A stretch of DNA of 64,000 bases, taken from positions 3,136,001 to 3,200,000 of the forward strand of contig OY969585.1 in assembly GCA_963701295.1 (NCBI GenBank). The letters are read 5' to 3'. A program made the position numbers and the translations under genes. The stretch comes from Ignavibacteriota bacterium. GTDB lineage: Bacteria > Bacteroidota > Ignavibacteria > UBA10030. Below, in pieces: positions 50,763-62,238 of this stretch. A model generated the notes under the pieces. The model worked only from the letters and a program-made list of their open reading frames with translations, was not told where the DNA came from and made no database searches. How positions within the stretch are numbered: position 1 is the stretch's first letter; every line of letters begins with the position of its first letter.

Positions 50763-51426
50763 ACTAAGGAACGTGTCGGTATCGTTTGACGGTCAACAAG
50801 TTCTCGACCGCCTCAATTTCTCGGTAGAACAAGGTGAGTTTGTATATCTGGTCGGACAAACCGGTACCGGAAAAAGTTCACTCATGCGGTTGTTGTACTT
50901 TGATTTATATCCATCTACCGGAAGAGTGAAGATTGCCAGCTATGATTCTACGACTCTTACGAATCGTCAAATACCGCTCATCCGACGCCGGCTGGGAATT
51001 GTGTTTCAAGATTTTAAATTGCTCGATGATCGAAATGTGTACGATAATGTTGCCTTCGCACTTTTTGTCACGAACGCACGACGAAGTGAAATCAAGAAAA
51101 CAGTTTTGCACGTACTCGCTGATGTTGGCTTAAGTCACAAACGCAATCATATGCCGCATGAGTTGTCAGGCGGAGAACAGCAGCGTGTCGTCATAGCGCG
51201 TGCATTGGTTAACGAACCGATTGTCCTCCTTGCAGATGAGCCGACAGGTAATCTTGACCCAATTTCTTCCGCTGAGATAATGGAACTTCTCAAGAAAATC
51301 AATATGCGCGGGACCGCTGTACTCATGGCAACTCATAATTATGATTTAGTAAAAAAATATCCCGCGCGAGTGGTTCAGTTGAAAGATGGGAAACTGACTG
51401 AAATAGATATGAAGAAAGGAAAATAG
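50755..51426 (+). CDS. ftsE: Cell division ATP-binding protein
   Basis: Walker A; [20 protein letters not shown] and ADEPTGNLD. Confidence 0.9.
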   Translation: MIELRNVSVSFDGQQVLDRLNFSVEQGEFVYLVGQTGTGKSSLMRLLYFDLYPSTGRVKIASYDSTTLTNRQIPLIRRRLGIVFQDFKLLDDRNVYDNVAFALFVTNARRSEIKKTVLHVLADVGLSHKRNHMPHELSGGEQQRVVIARALVNEPIVLLADEPTGNLDPISSAEIMELLKKINMRGTAVLMATHNYDLVKKYPARVVQLKDGKLTEIDMKKGK

Positions 51427-51489
51427 GCTGATGACCTCGCATGGTTCTTGCGACGAAGCGATGAGATCCTTGCGAAGGTTTCTCAGAGG

Positions 51490-51720
51490 CTACTTTACCT
51501 GTTCTACACGACGAACCTCTGGGTGCTGTATCATTAACGACCGCTCAATACCTGCCCGCAATGTCATCGACGACATGGGACAACCAACACACGACCCCAG
51601 TAACCGTACCTCAACAATACCGCTTTCTGTGACACGCACAAGCTGAACATCACCCCCGTCGATTGCAAGAAAGATTCGCAGACGTTCAAGGCTTGCTTCA
51701 ATAATTTGCGGCGTTAACAA
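51490..51720 (-). CDS. NifU-like (Nfu) protein
   Basis: DGGDV.L and G.C.GCP.S..TL..GIE. Confidence 0.9.
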   Translation of the reverse strand: MLTPQIIEASLERLRIFLAIDGGDVQLVRVTESGIVEVRLLGSCVGCPMSSMTLRAGIERSLMIQHPEVRRVEQVK

Positions 51721-51733
51721 GTTTTTCTCCAGC

Positions 51734-52831
51734 TCAATTCTGATTCGGCAACAATATCTCTATCTTTGGTACCGATGGTATTCCAAGATATTGAATACTA
51801 ATTTGTGCCGCAAGCTGCCTTGCGATGGCTTGAATAATTTTTCCTTGTTGAGAGTCTGGGTCTCCATGTACAATCGGATCACCTTTATCTCCGCCAATGC
51901 GAACTTTGGTGTCAATGGGGATTTCACCAAGGAATGGAACGTTCAACTCATGAGCCATTCGTTTACCACCGCCAATATCAAAGATGTTTTCTCTTTGACC
52001 ACAATGGCTGCAAATGAAATAGCTCATATTTTCAACGATTCCGAGCACAGGCACATTAACTTTATTGAACATCACTAGACCTTTTTTCGCATCGGCAAGA
52101 GCAACATCTTGCGGAGTTGTCACTATCACTGCTCCCGTCAACGGGATCGTCTGAACAAGTGTCAACTGAATATCTCCCGTCCCAGGAGGCATATCGAAGA
52201 TCAGATAATCCAAGTCACCCCAGGTTACATCCGCTATAAATTGTTTTACAGCGCTGCTTGCCATTGGTCCGCGCCAGATAACTGCTTCCATCGGGTTGAC
52301 AAGAAATCCGATCGACATAACCTTGACGCCATACTTTACAAGCGGTTGAAGTTTACCGCCCGATACTTTCGGTTTCTCGTTCATTCCGAACATCAAAGGA
52401 GCACTTGGACCGTACACGTCCGCATCTAATAATCCAACCTTAGCTCCATCCATTGCAAGTGCTACTGCCAAATTCACTGCAACAGTTGATTTGCCCACCC
52501 CTCCTTTTCCACTTGCAATAGTGATCGTATTCTTTACTCCAGAAAGGAAGTCCTCTTTTTGTGCATGCGTATTACGTTGCACATGAGAAGTCATCGCAAT
52601 ATCAATCTTCCCAACTCCTTCGATTGTCATTCGTATAGCTTTCTCGCAATCAATTATGAATTGATCTCGCACCGGACACGCGGGCGTAGTGAGTTGCAGA
52701 TCGAACTTGATATCGCTTCCTTCGATTGTGAGGTTCTTGACAAATCCAAGAGCCACAATATCGCGATGCAAATCAGGATCTTTAACCTTTTTAAGTGATA
52801 ACAAAATATTTTCTTCAGTGAGTTTGAGCAT
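51734..52831 (-). CDS. apbC: Mrp/ApbC Fe-S cluster carrier ATPase
   Basis: SGKGGVGKST, DADVYGPS, PPGTGD and ENMS..C..C. Confidence 0.93.
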   Translation of the reverse strand: MLKLTEENILLSLKKVKDPDLHRDIVALGFVKNLTIEGSDIKFDLQLTTPACPVRDQFIIDCEKAIRMTIEGVGKIDIAMTSHVQRNTHAQKEDFLSGVKNTITIASGKGGVGKSTVAVNLAVALAMDGAKVGLLDADVYGPSAPLMFGMNEKPKVSGGKLQPLVKYGVKVMSIGFLVNPMEAVIWRGPMASSAVKQFIADVTWGDLDYLIFDMPPGTGDIQLTLVQTIPLTGAVIVTTPQDVALADAKKGLVMFNKVNVPVLGIVENMSYFICSHCGQRENIFDIGGGKRMAHELNVPFLGEIPIDTKVRIGGDKGDPIVHGDPDSQQGKIIQAIARQLAAQISIQYLGIPSVPKIEILLPNQN

Positions 52832-52911
52832 TGATATCCTAAATTATTCGTTTACAAATTTTATTTTTGTTAACTCTCTCTACAACGTTTCTTTATTTTG
52901 CCCAGTTCCAT

Positions 52912-54339
52912 CTACCCTTTCATAACACCCATCGGAACCATCTTTGCTACTTTTCGAGCAATACCTGCATAATGAACAACATCAACGACAACACTCACAT
53001 CTTTATATGCTTCCGGCTTTTCTTCGGTCAATCCGCTTTTTGAAGCGCCGCGTATGTGAATCCCTTTTTCTTTGAGTTGGTGAATCAATTGTTCCGCGCT
53101 GATATCTTTTTTTGCTGCGTGCCGGCTCATTGCACGTCCGGCACCATGGCAGGAAGAACCAAAAGTCTCTAACATCGCTCTTTCGGTCCCCACTAAGACA
53201 TAGGAGCTCGTACCCATACTTCCGGGAATCAGTACGGGCTGGCCTATTTCAAAATAATCACTCGGAACATCCCGATGATGTTTTGGGAAAGCACGTGTGG
53301 CTCCTTTCCGATGCACTAATACTTTTAAATTCCTTCCGTTGATACGGTGTTCCTCTTCTTTGGCGATGTTGTGCGCAACGTCGTACACAAGACGGAGACT
53401 GCCAGAACCCATGACACGCTCGAATACTTTTCGGGTCCAATGACTCATTATCTGGCGATTAGCAAATGCAAAGTTTGCCGCTGCTGCCATTGCTTTCAAA
53501 TAAATTTGTCCTTCTTTTGATTTAATTGGTACACATGCAAGCTGCCGGTCTACTACCTTGATGCCATACTTCGGCATCGCTTCCTGCATCACTTCTAGAT
53601 AATCCGTGCATACCTGATGACCGAGACCGCGCGATCCGCTGTGGATCATCACTACAACTTGATTGAGTCTGAGGCCAAACGCCTTCGCCGCTTCTTCATC
53701 AAACACTTCCGTGATATATTGTATTTCGACAAAATGATTGCCGGAACCAAGAGTACCGAGCTGATCGCGTCCGCGCTGCTTCGCACGTTTGCTCACTTCG
53801 TTTGGATCTGCAATGACCATCCTGCCATGTTCCTCAATATGCTCCAGATCGCCTGGCGTTCCATAGCCGTTTTCGACAGCCCAATGCGCGCCGTCGAGGA
53901 GAACTTTATCGAGCTGCGCAAAAGAAATTTCCAATATTCCTGATTTTCCCGTACCGCATGGAATATCACAGAACATCTGATTGAGTAATGAATCAACTTT
54001 TGGTCTCACTTCTTCTAATAAGTAATCGGAAGCGAGCAGCCGCACGCCGCAGTTGATATCAAATCCAACACCACCTGCGGAGACAACCCCTTTTTCTAAA
54101 TCCGCAGCTGCTACGCCGCCTATCGCGAAACCATAGCCCTGATGTGCATCCGGCATTGCGAGAGAACGGCCAACCAAACCCGGAAGCGTAGCAACATTCG
54201 CTACCTGTTTCAGTGTTTCATCCCGCTCGATCGCACTAATAAGTTCTTTACTTGCATAGATCAATCCCTCCACTTTCATTCCATCTCGGAATGATTTGGG
54301 GATTAGATATCGATATTCATCTAACTGCGTAATTGACAT
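52912..54339 (-). CDS. rtcB: RtcB RNA ligase
   Basis: MPDAHQGYG, DINCG, GNHF, HRKGAT and HGAGR. Confidence 0.95.
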   Translation of the reverse strand: MSITQLDEYRYLIPKSFRDGMKVEGLIYASKELISAIERDETLKQVANVATLPGLVGRSLAMPDAHQGYGFAIGGVAAADLEKGVVSAGGVGFDINCGVRLLASDYLLEEVRPKVDSLLNQMFCDIPCGTGKSGILEISFAQLDKVLLDGAHWAVENGYGTPGDLEHIEEHGRMVIADPNEVSKRAKQRGRDQLGTLGSGNHFVEIQYITEVFDEEAAKAFGLRLNQVVVMIHSGSRGLGHQVCTDYLEVMQEAMPKYGIKVVDRQLACVPIKSKEGQIYLKAMAAAANFAFANRQIMSHWTRKVFERVMGSGSLRLVYDVAHNIAKEEEHRINGRNLKVLVHRKGATRAFPKHHRDVPSDYFEIGQPVLIPGSMGTSSYVLVGTERAMLETFGSSCHGAGRAMSRHAAKKDISAEQLIHQLKEKGIHIRGASKSGLTEEKPEAYKDVSVVVDVVHYAGIARKVAKMVPMGVMKG

Positions 54340-54342
54340 AGG

Positions 54343-54762
54343 TTAGATGTCCACAAATACACGTGCTATCCAATCGCCATCGTGGTCTTCAACCTTCAAC
54401 TGATGATACGTAATAGCTTTCACATCCAGCTTTAATTCATGTTTCGATACATCGTATGGTTCACCAAGGAGATTGGCTTTCAACAAAGTATCCGTGAGTG
54501 TTTCAAATTTCACATCCGCAGTCAAGAATTTTTCAGCATCGTACAGGTAGAGAATTTCTGTCAACCACCGCACCAACAAGTTTTCACGATCAGTTGCCTG
54601 AAGCTCTATAGACCGAATCTGACGTGATTCAATCTTCGATGTTCCGGCTACAATTGAGATGAAACCATGCACTGCATTCCGAAATATATCCTGCATCGAA
54701 TTGCCGTGCGCTTCGATTCCCAGATCGGACGGGTGTTCGAGAATTTCGAATGGCGGTTTCAC
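54343..54762 (-). CDS. Archease
   Basis: EH..D.G and VKAITYH...VDI. Confidence 0.92.
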   Translation of the reverse strand: MKPPFEILEHPSDLGIEAHGNSMQDIFRNAVHGFISIVAGTSKIESRQIRSIELQATDRENLLVRWLTEILYLYDAEKFLTADVKFETLTDTLLKANLLGEPYDVSKHELKLDVKAITYHQLKVEDHDGDWIARVFVDI

Positions 54763-54768
54763 TTCACA

Positions 54769-55680
54769 TCAGACCAGCATTCTGCTGCTCAACTGCTTGA
54801 GTGCTTCAAGATAGAGTGCAGAGGTCTTCAGAATTACATCATCCGGTAATTTGGGCGCAGGCGGCTGCTTGTTGAAATTGATAGACAAAAGATAGTCACG
54901 CACAAACTGTTTGTCGAAACTCTCCTGACCGCGACCGGGCTGATATTTGTCTTTTGGCCAAAACCGTGATGAATCCGGAGTGAGCAATTCATCAATGAGA
55001 ATGAGTTCCCCATTTTCATTTTCGCCAAATTCCATTTTTGTATCGGCAATGATAATGCCTTTCTTTTCTGCAAGCTGCGCTCCGCGTTGATAGATCTTGA
55101 TAGAAATATCGCGCACTTTGTTTGCCAATTCCCTGCCAATAATGCTGCACATCTGCTCGAACGAAATATTTTCATCGTGTTTGCCGATATCTTCTTTGGT
55201 TGTCGGAGTAAAAATTGGCGCCGGCAATTTTGACGATTCCACGAGGCCATTTGGCAAATGAATACCACAAACAATTTTACTTTTTTGATATTCATTCCAA
55301 CCAGTACCTGAGAGATATCCGCGAACAATACATTCCACCGGCAATGGTTTTGATTTTTTCACGAACATGGAGCGATCGCCAAGAACGGTCCAATACGGTT
55401 TGCATTCTAATGGAAAGTCATACACAATAGAAGAGATGACATGGTTCGGAACGATATCTTTTGTCTGCTCAAACCAAAAGTCGGATATCTGTGTTAACAC
55501 TTTTCCCTTGTAGGGGATACCTTCATTCATGACTACATCGAATGCAGAAATTCTATCAGTGGCAACAATGAGCAGTGACTCGCCAAAATCATAGATGTCC
55601 CGCACTTTGCCGCGATTGATCAGTTTCAAGCCGGATAAATTTGTTTGTGTGATAACCGGTTCCAGATAATTGATAGTCAT
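54769..55680 (-). CDS. purC: SAICAR synthetase
   Basis: [21 protein letters not shown] and TPDSSRFW. Confidence 0.96.
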   Translation of the reverse strand: MTINYLEPVITQTNLSGLKLINRGKVRDIYDFGESLLIVATDRISAFDVVMNEGIPYKGKVLTQISDFWFEQTKDIVPNHVISSIVYDFPLECKPYWTVLGDRSMFVKKSKPLPVECIVRGYLSGTGWNEYQKSKIVCGIHLPNGLVESSKLPAPIFTPTTKEDIGKHDENISFEQMCSIIGRELANKVRDISIKIYQRGAQLAEKKGIIIADTKMEFGENENGELILIDELLTPDSSRFWPKDKYQPGRGQESFDKQFVRDYLLSINFNKQPPAPKLPDDVILKTSALYLEALKQLSSRMLV

Positions 55681-55688
55681 AGATCCTC

Positions 55689-56288
55689 TTATGCAAATGA
55701 ACAGGTGATGGTAAGTGCTTTTTCCAATCGTTGTAAATATTCAGCGCGTGGAATTTCACGCGCTCCAAATCTCTGCAGGTGTGGTGTAGTGAATTGTGTA
55801 TCCAATAATGTGTACCCTTTTTCTTTCAATCGCATCACAAGATGCACGAGTGCAACCTTTGAGGCATCTTTCATTTTACTGAACATAGATTCGCCAAAAA
55901 AAGCTCCGCGAATCGCAACACCGTAGAGCCCGCCGACAAGCATTCCATCCTTCCACGCCTCAACGCTGTGTGCAATACCGACATGATGCAATTGAACATA
56001 GCTTTTAATGATCGCTTCAGAAATCCATGTCTCTGGCCGTTGTGCACATGCATGCATCACTTCTTCAAATCTTTTATTAATCAGAATATCGAACGGCTTC
56101 TTTTTCAGCGTTAACTTGAGACTGCGCGGAATATGGAATGTATCAAGTTCGAATATCGTTCGTGGATCAGGAGAGTACCAGCCAATTTCTCCTGTCTTCG
56201 GATCAGCCATCGGAAAATAACCATTGCAATATGCCGTACATAAAAACTCCGGATCAATAGTTTTTATATCTGACGAATGTGGTTCCAT
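55689..56288 (-). CDS. aat: Leucyl/phenylalanyl-tRNA-protein transferase
   Basis: AY..G.FP, AHSVE.W, GGLYG and GESMFS. Confidence 0.94.
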   Translation of the reverse strand: MEPHSSDIKTIDPEFLCTAYCNGYFPMADPKTGEIGWYSPDPRTIFELDTFHIPRSLKLTLKKKPFDILINKRFEEVMHACAQRPETWISEAIIKSYVQLHHVGIAHSVEAWKDGMLVGGLYGVAIRGAFFGESMFSKMKDASKVALVHLVMRLKEKGYTLLDTQFTTPHLQRFGAREIPRAEYLQRLEKALTITCSFA

Positions 56289-56341
56289 GCAGTGTGAGAG
56301 ATATTACATCCTTCTTTCCTGATATTAAAAATCAACTGCTT

Positions 56342-57436
56342 TTAATCACCAAATGCAGTACCTACAGCCCGAGCAGATGTGATATATTGTGAATCAAGCG
56401 GCACGGTGCGAAGTTTGAGGATTGCTTCTTTAACCGGAACGGCGACAACTTCTGTTCCACGCAAACTGACCATATATCCGAATTTGCCTTGTGCCGCTAA
56501 CTCAAGAGCCATAGCACCGTACCGAGTTGCGAGAATTCGATCATAAGGAGTTGGACTACCGCCCCGGAGAACATGCCCAAGTACGACGACGCGCGTTTCC
56601 AGTCCTGTTGCTGCTTCAATCTTTCGTCCTACCAGATCACCAATGCCTCCGAGACGTACAGGGTCGGTGCGCTTTTTATCCATTTCTTTCACGACAACAT
56701 CGCCTTCGGCAGACTTCGCTCCTTCTGCAACACAAATGATGCTGAAACGATTTCCGCGTTTACTGCGCAAGAGCACATGTTCGTAGACTTTTTCCCACTT
56801 AAAGGGAATCTCGGGAATTAAAATCATATCTGCACCGCCGGCAATTCCTGAACCGAGTGCGATCCATCCCGCATACCGTCCCATCACTTCAACGACCATG
56901 ACGCGATGATGCGCCGAAGCAGTTGTATGAAGACGATCGATTGCTTCCGTCGCAACCCAGACTGCAGAATCGTACCCAAATGTCACGTCTGTTGCAGAGA
57001 GATCGTTATCGATGGTTTTCGGAACGCCGATGAAATTCAGTCCGAGTTCTGTGAATCGATCAACGATATGCATCGTGCCATCCCCGCCGATAGCGATGAG
57101 TGCATCCAGATTCCAATCGCGGTAATTCTGAATGGCCTGGCTCGAATAGTCGAGCACTTCAACACCCTGCGGTGTTTCAACCGGAAATTGAAACGGATTT
57201 CCTTTGTTTGATGTGCCGAGAATCGTGCCGCCAACATTCACGATACCGCCAACATCACGAGGAGTTAATTCACGCATCCTTCCTTCGACAAGACCTTCGA
57301 AGCCATCCAGAATACCGATAACTGTACTGCCGAATTGCGTCATCGCTGGTTTGGCAATGCTCCGAATGACTGCATTCAAACCTGGGCAATCACCACCACC
57401 TGTAAGAATTCCAATTCTCTTAAGAGTACTTTTCAT
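56342..57436 (-). CDS. pfkA: 6-phosphofructokinase
   Basis: GGGDCPGLN, GGDGT, PKTIDND and EVMGR. Confidence 0.93.
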   Translation of the reverse strand: MKSTLKRIGILTGGGDCPGLNAVIRSIAKPAMTQFGSTVIGILDGFEGLVEGRMRELTPRDVGGIVNVGGTILGTSNKGNPFQFPVETPQGVEVLDYSSQAIQNYRDWNLDALIAIGGDGTMHIVDRFTELGLNFIGVPKTIDNDLSATDVTFGYDSAVWVATEAIDRLHTTASAHHRVMVVEVMGRYAGWIALGSGIAGGADMILIPEIPFKWEKVYEHVLLRSKRGNRFSIICVAEGAKSAEGDVVVKEMDKKRTDPVRLGGIGDLVGRKIEAATGLETRVVVLGHVLRGGSPTPYDRILATRYGAMALELAAQGKFGYMVSLRGTEVVAVPVKEAILKLRTVPLDSQYITSARAVGTAFGD

Positions 57437-57521
57437 TTTTTATGTCTCACGTATGTCGCTATTTTTTATCTCTTCAAAGATATACAATAGTATTCATTGT
57501 TTCCATCAACGCACACAGACG

Positions 57522-57556
57522 AAAAAGCCCCTCCAGTTGAACTGAAGAGGCCTTTT
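57522..57556. terminator. Intrinsic terminator-like hairpin
   Basis: AAAAAGCCCCTCCAG...CTGAAGAGGCCTTTT after the 57577 stop. Confidence 0.6.
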
Positions 57557-57576
57557 CCAAAATATTATCGGCCAAA

Positions 57577-58350
57577 TTAAACCGTTGCCTTTGGCATGAT
57601 GCTCTGTTGATATTTTTCACCGAGCCATGCACCGAAGAGTGAAATCATGAATCCTATAAGTAATCCAACAATAAGATACATCGCAGGAACACGAAGAGAA
57701 ACGATGTATCTTAAATACACCCAATCTAAAAGTACTGCGAGCAGTCCTGCAACAGCAGGTTCTTTCAGTGTTACACCCGGTGATTTATATCCCACAAGGA
57801 AACCTGTAATAACGAAGCTTATTATGAAGCCGATAAAAGCAAATTTAAAGAGATGGACAAGAAATATTTTTGACAGAATGAAAACAAATAAGATGTTGAG
57901 CGCAAAACAAATTATTACTCCAACAATTACCCATTTCCAAAGAAATTTTTGATTTTCTGCTTCTGCTGCTGAAGCTTCATCTCCCTGAAGTTTTTCACCT
58001 GCCCAGCCGCCGACCCATGAAAAACCCAAACCGAGGATCAGGAGCAACAAGTTGATCGATGCTGAAAATTGAATTTCAGCTTTGGTGATATAAAGAACAA
58101 AAAGCATCACGAGCATCACGAGCACGCCACCAACTGAGGCTTCGTTAATTGTAATTCCCGGCGAATAATATCCGATAATTGTACCGGTGACAATGAATCC
58201 AACTAACATAACTATTACCTGAACTTGACCACTATGGAATGTCGGCGCTATAATGAAATACGATACCCCAACTATGATAAGTCCGGCAATAACCGATAAG
58301 ATGACCCATTTCCACTGTAACTTTGATTCTTTATGTGCAGTGTGCGTCAT
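57577..58350 (-). CDS. Internally duplicated 8-TM membrane protein
   Basis: Two copies of WKWVI...GY.SPG.T..E...W.GEK. Confidence 0.8.
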   Translation of the reverse strand: MTHTAHKESKLQWKWVILSVIAGLIIVGVSYFIIAPTFHSGQVQVIVMLVGFIVTGTIIGYYSPGITINEASVGGVLVMLVMLFVLYITKAEIQFSASINLLLLILGLGFSWVGGWAGEKLQGDEASAAEAENQKFLWKWVIVGVIICFALNILFVFILSKIFLVHLFKFAFIGFIISFVITGFLVGYKSPGVTLKEPAVAGLLAVLLDWVYLRYIVSLRVPAMYLIVGLLIGFMISLFGAWLGEKYQQSIMPKATV

Positions 58351-58971
58351 AGTCTTTTTCCTTTCAAAGGTAGTTCATCTGGTGGTTTACAATACTGATG
58401 TTGAATATCTCAAAACAATGAAGGAAAAGCAAGAAATTTGTACGAATTTGGATGGATTTTCATGATGCCTCAATATTATATGTATTTACTTCGAAAACGT
58501 AACAGGCTCTTGGGTATACTATAAAGCTGTTCAAAAAACATGAGTGTGGAAGTGACGGTACAAGCAGGTTTAATACCTTCTTAGATAACCCGCCCCATAA
58601 CCCCTGGCATCGTAATTGCTTTTATCGTGATGAACTTTGGATTAGAAACATTTATGTTGACACATCCTTTAAAGTGTTGTACGTTGTATGCGCTATTCCA
58701 ATAAAGCAGCGATCATTCAGGTTCAATGGGGCAGTAATGAGTCGGTGTGTTGCTTACGTGATAATTTCTAGTCTGTAGATTTACTCATTCACTCCTCATT
58801 ATTTCTTATCGCATAATTTCTACTACAAGGTAAACAGGCATAAATGTCTCCAATCGCTGAAGAGCGTTATACAAGAGAGAGAATATTCATAGTTCAAGAT
58901 AAAAACGCTCAATCAAATCGTTGCAATATCACAAAAACATAAATCATATTAATCAGAAGGAGAAATAAAAC

Positions 58972-60576
58972 ATGAAAACAATTACATTCATCCTGCTTTT
59001 GGCAGTGTGTGCCCTGTCTGCGTATTCTCAAAACATAACCAATACGCTGGGTACGGGTGGGGCATTTATGATCAAAGGTGCATCAAATAGTTATTTGACC
59101 TTAAACCAGACAGACGGGCTTTTTTCTCTGAACAAGAACCTCTCCCTGCTGAATTCAACCGACTCAACAATCGGGTATATTCTAAAACAATGGAGAATTA
59201 GTGCGTATGTCCATTACGAAAGATATATACACAATTTTGCGCCCGTCGGAGCCTATGGTTATAATACATTTGTTGGACTTAATTCGGGAAATTTCACAAT
59301 GTCAGGTACCAGCTCCTCTTCAAGCTATAATACCGGAATTGGTTTTCAATCGCTTCAAAGCCTGACAACCGGCAGTGATAACACAGCAGTGGGGTATCAA
59401 TCTTTAATTTCCAACACGACTGGCATTGATAACACAGCAGTGGGATATCAATCTTTAATTTCCAACACGAACGGCAGTAATAACACAGCAGTGGGATATT
59501 CTTCTTTATGGTCCAGTCCGAGTGGCATGCAAAACACAGCATTGGGGGATGAATCTTTACTATCCAACACAACCGGCAGTAATAACACAGCAGTGGGGGA
59601 CAAATCTTTATCTGCTGACATTTGGACCGCGACCGGCAGTGATAATACAGCATTGGGGAGGAGATCTTCATATGACAATACGTCCGGTAGCTATAACACA
59701 GCAATGGGGGAGAATTCTTTATTTTATAATATGACCGGCTCTTATAACACAGCAGTAGGGGAGAATTCTTTACATTGCGTATCGGCCAACTCCGGTGCTT
59801 ATGGGAATTCATGCTCTTATAACACAGCAGTGGGAGATAATTCTTTATCTTCCAACTGGACAGGCTATTCTAACACAGCAATGGGGGATTATTCTTTATG
59901 TAACGATTCGATCGGTTATTATAACACAGCAGCTGGGGCTGGATCTTTATATTCCAACAAAACTGGCTATTCTAACACAGCAGTGGGGATGAATTCTTTA
60001 TATTCCACGAACAGCCCTGAGAATACAGCTTTGGGAAATTATGCCGGACTCAACGTAACCACAGGCATAAATAATACCCTCATTGGATATGATGCCCAAC
60101 CGATTGCAGGAGCCGTATCCAATACAATCACACTTGGCAATACCTCTGTTATGGTTCTTCGATGCAATGCTCCAATAATTTCTGCTTTATCGGATGCACG
60201 GGACAAGAGAAATATACAAGATCTCAGTTTAGGAATTGATTTTCTCATGAAATTAAAACCACGCCTGTTCAACTGGGATAGAAGAGAATGGTATAAGGAT
60301 AGTAAATCAAATGGGAGCAAGATGCAGAAAACACCGACTGCGGGATTCATTGCACAGGAGCTTGATGAAGCCCAGACAAAAGAGAATGCCGAATGGCTCA
60401 ATCTTGTGTTGAAAGATAATCCTGAAAAACTCGAAGCAACACCCGGCAATCTCCTGCCCGTGATGGTGAAAGCTCTTCGGGAGCTCAAAGCGGAAAATTA
60501 TAAGCTTAAAGATAAACTAGATAAGTATGAACAGATGCAAAATGTTTTAGTAAAAGAAATTGAACAACTACAATAA
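58972..60576 (+). CDS. Secreted fibre-like protein: 14-aa NTAVG repeats + S74 intramolecular chaperone
   Basis: Signal peptide; SDARDK.NI, GFIAQE and coiled coil. Confidence 0.85.
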   Translation: MKTITFILLLAVCALSAYSQNITNTLGTGGAFMIKGASNSYLTLNQTDGLFSLNKNLSLLNSTDSTIGYILKQWRISAYVHYERYIHNFAPVGAYGYNTFVGLNSGNFTMSGTSSSSSYNTGIGFQSLQSLTTGSDNTAVGYQSLISNTTGIDNTAVGYQSLISNTNGSNNTAVGYSSLWSSPSGMQNTALGDESLLSNTTGSNNTAVGDKSLSADIWTATGSDNTALGRRSSYDNTSGSYNTAMGENSLFYNMTGSYNTAVGENSLHCVSANSGAYGNSCSYNTAVGDNSLSSNWTGYSNTAMGDYSLCNDSIGYYNTAAGAGSLYSNKTGYSNTAVGMNSLYSTNSPENTALGNYAGLNVTTGINNTLIGYDAQPIAGAVSNTITLGNTSVMVLRCNAPIISALSDARDKRNIQDLSLGIDFLMKLKPRLFNWDRREWYKDSKSNGSKMQKTPTAGFIAQELDEAQTKENAEWLNLVLKDNPEKLEATPGNLLPVMVKALRELKAENYKLKDKLDKYEQMQNVLVKEIEQLQ

Positions 60577-60594
60577 TCAAAGGAGAGATAAAAA

Positions 60595-62184
60595 ATGAAA
60601 ACGATGACATTCTTTCTGGTTTTGGCAGTATGCGCCCTACCAGCATATTCGCAAAACATAACCAACACGCTTGGTACAGGTGGAGTATTTACTATCAAAG
60701 ATGCGTCAAATACTTACCTCACCTTAAGCCAGTCAAGCGGGCTTTTGACCTTGTACAAGAACCTCAACCTGGAGTATACAACAAGCTCGACAAGCGGGGT
60801 TATTACAAAAGGAGGGAATAGATTTATACATGATTATGCGCCTTCCGGAGTCGATGGTCAGAATACATTTGTTGGGATAAATTCAGGGAATTTCACAATG
60901 TTAGGTACTAGCATAATCTATTCAAGTCATAATAGCGGATTTGGTTATAATTCGCTTAAAAGCCTGACAACCGGCTATGATAACACAGCAGTGGGGTATT
61001 CATCTTTAACTTCCAACACGACTGGCAATTTAAATACAGCAGTGGGGGCTGGATCTTTATTACTAAACATGACGGGCAATTTTAACACAGCGGTGGGAGA
61101 TTATTCTTTATCTAGCAATTCGACCGGCAATGAGAACACAGCAATGGGACATTATTCTTTATCTTCCAATGTGACCGGCAACGATAACACAGCAGTGGGT
61201 TATCAATCTTTACCTTCCAACACGAACGGCTCTGATAACACAGCAGAGGGCTGTGAATCTTTATATTCCAACACGGCCGGTTCTTATAATACAGCAGATG
61301 GGTATGCATCTTTATATTCCAACACGACCGGCTCTAATAACACGGCAGTGGGGTATATATCTTTATATTACAGCACGACCGGTTATTCTAATACAGCAGT
61401 GGGGTATTCATCTTTATATAACAACACGACCGGCTATTCTAACACAGCAATAGGGGATTATTCTTTAACTACCAACACGGACGGCTATTATAATACAGCA
61501 GCAGGGGAAAATTCTTTACATTCCAACATGGACGGCTTTTCTAACACAGCAGTGGGGGAGAATTCTTTATATTCCACGACCGGCTCTGAGAACACAGCTT
61601 TGGGAAATGATGCAGGTAACAACGTAACCACAGGCACAAATAATACCTTAATTGGATATAATGCTCAGCCGATTGCGGGAGCCGTATCCAATACAATCAC
61701 GCTTGGCAATAGCTCTGTTACAGTTCTTCGATGCAATGCTCCAGCAATTTCTGCTTTATCGGATGCACGGGACAAGAGAAACATTCATGATCTAAGCTTA
61801 GGAATTGATTTTCTCATGAAATTAAAACCACGCTTGTTCAACTGGGATAAAAGAGAATGGTATAAGGATAATAAATCAGATGGAAGCAAGATGCAGAAAA
61901 CGCCGACTGCGGGATTCATTGCACAAGAGCTTGACGAAGTCCAGACAAAAGAGAATACCGAATGGCTCAATCTTGTCCTGAAAGATAATCCCGAGAAGCT
62001 TGAAGCAACACCCGGCAATCTCTTGCCTGTAGTAGTGAAAGCTATTCAGGATCTCAAATCGGAAAATGATGAGATCAAGGACAAAGTCGATAAGTTTGAA
62101 CGGATGCAAAATGTATTAGTAAGTGAGATTGAACAACTGAAATCGAAAGACGCAGAATTCAAACAGGTTCGGAATGGCAATTGA
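60595..62184 (+). CDS. Paralogous fibre-like protein with S74 chaperone
   Basis: Same architecture; near-identical C-terminal third. Confidence 0.85.
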   Translation: MKTMTFFLVLAVCALPAYSQNITNTLGTGGVFTIKDASNTYLTLSQSSGLLTLYKNLNLEYTTSSTSGVITKGGNRFIHDYAPSGVDGQNTFVGINSGNFTMLGTSIIYSSHNSGFGYNSLKSLTTGYDNTAVGYSSLTSNTTGNLNTAVGAGSLLLNMTGNFNTAVGDYSLSSNSTGNENTAMGHYSLSSNVTGNDNTAVGYQSLPSNTNGSDNTAEGCESLYSNTAGSYNTADGYASLYSNTTGSNNTAVGYISLYYSTTGYSNTAVGYSSLYNNTTGYSNTAIGDYSLTTNTDGYYNTAAGENSLHSNMDGFSNTAVGENSLYSTTGSENTALGNDAGNNVTTGTNNTLIGYNAQPIAGAVSNTITLGNSSVTVLRCNAPAISALSDARDKRNIHDLSLGIDFLMKLKPRLFNWDKREWYKDNKSDGSKMQKTPTAGFIAQELDEVQTKENTEWLNLVLKDNPEKLEATPGNLLPVVVKAIQDLKSENDEIKDKVDKFERMQNVLVSEIEQLKSKDAEFKQVRNGN

Positions 62185-62238
62185 ACATGCACGTGCCCGC
62201 ATTAAGCGGACAGCAAAAAAATATTTTAATAACAAATA

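Noticed and set aside
36335-54762. RtcB/archease splicing the half tRNA-Arg
   Set aside because: No 3' half or intron structure was found; rtcB-archease is a known pair ~16 kb away in a housekeeping cluster.
58470-58970. Riboswitch/ncRNA in the long intergenic region
   Set aside because: No recognisable conserved motif; probably divergent promoters.
59300-61650. 42-bp repeats as CRISPR or DGR template/variable regions
   Set aside because: They are in-frame 14-aa coding repeats; there is no reverse transcriptase and no adenine-restricted variation.
58972-62184. Prophage tail fibres
   Set aside because: Both have Sec signal peptides and there are no other phage genes nearby.
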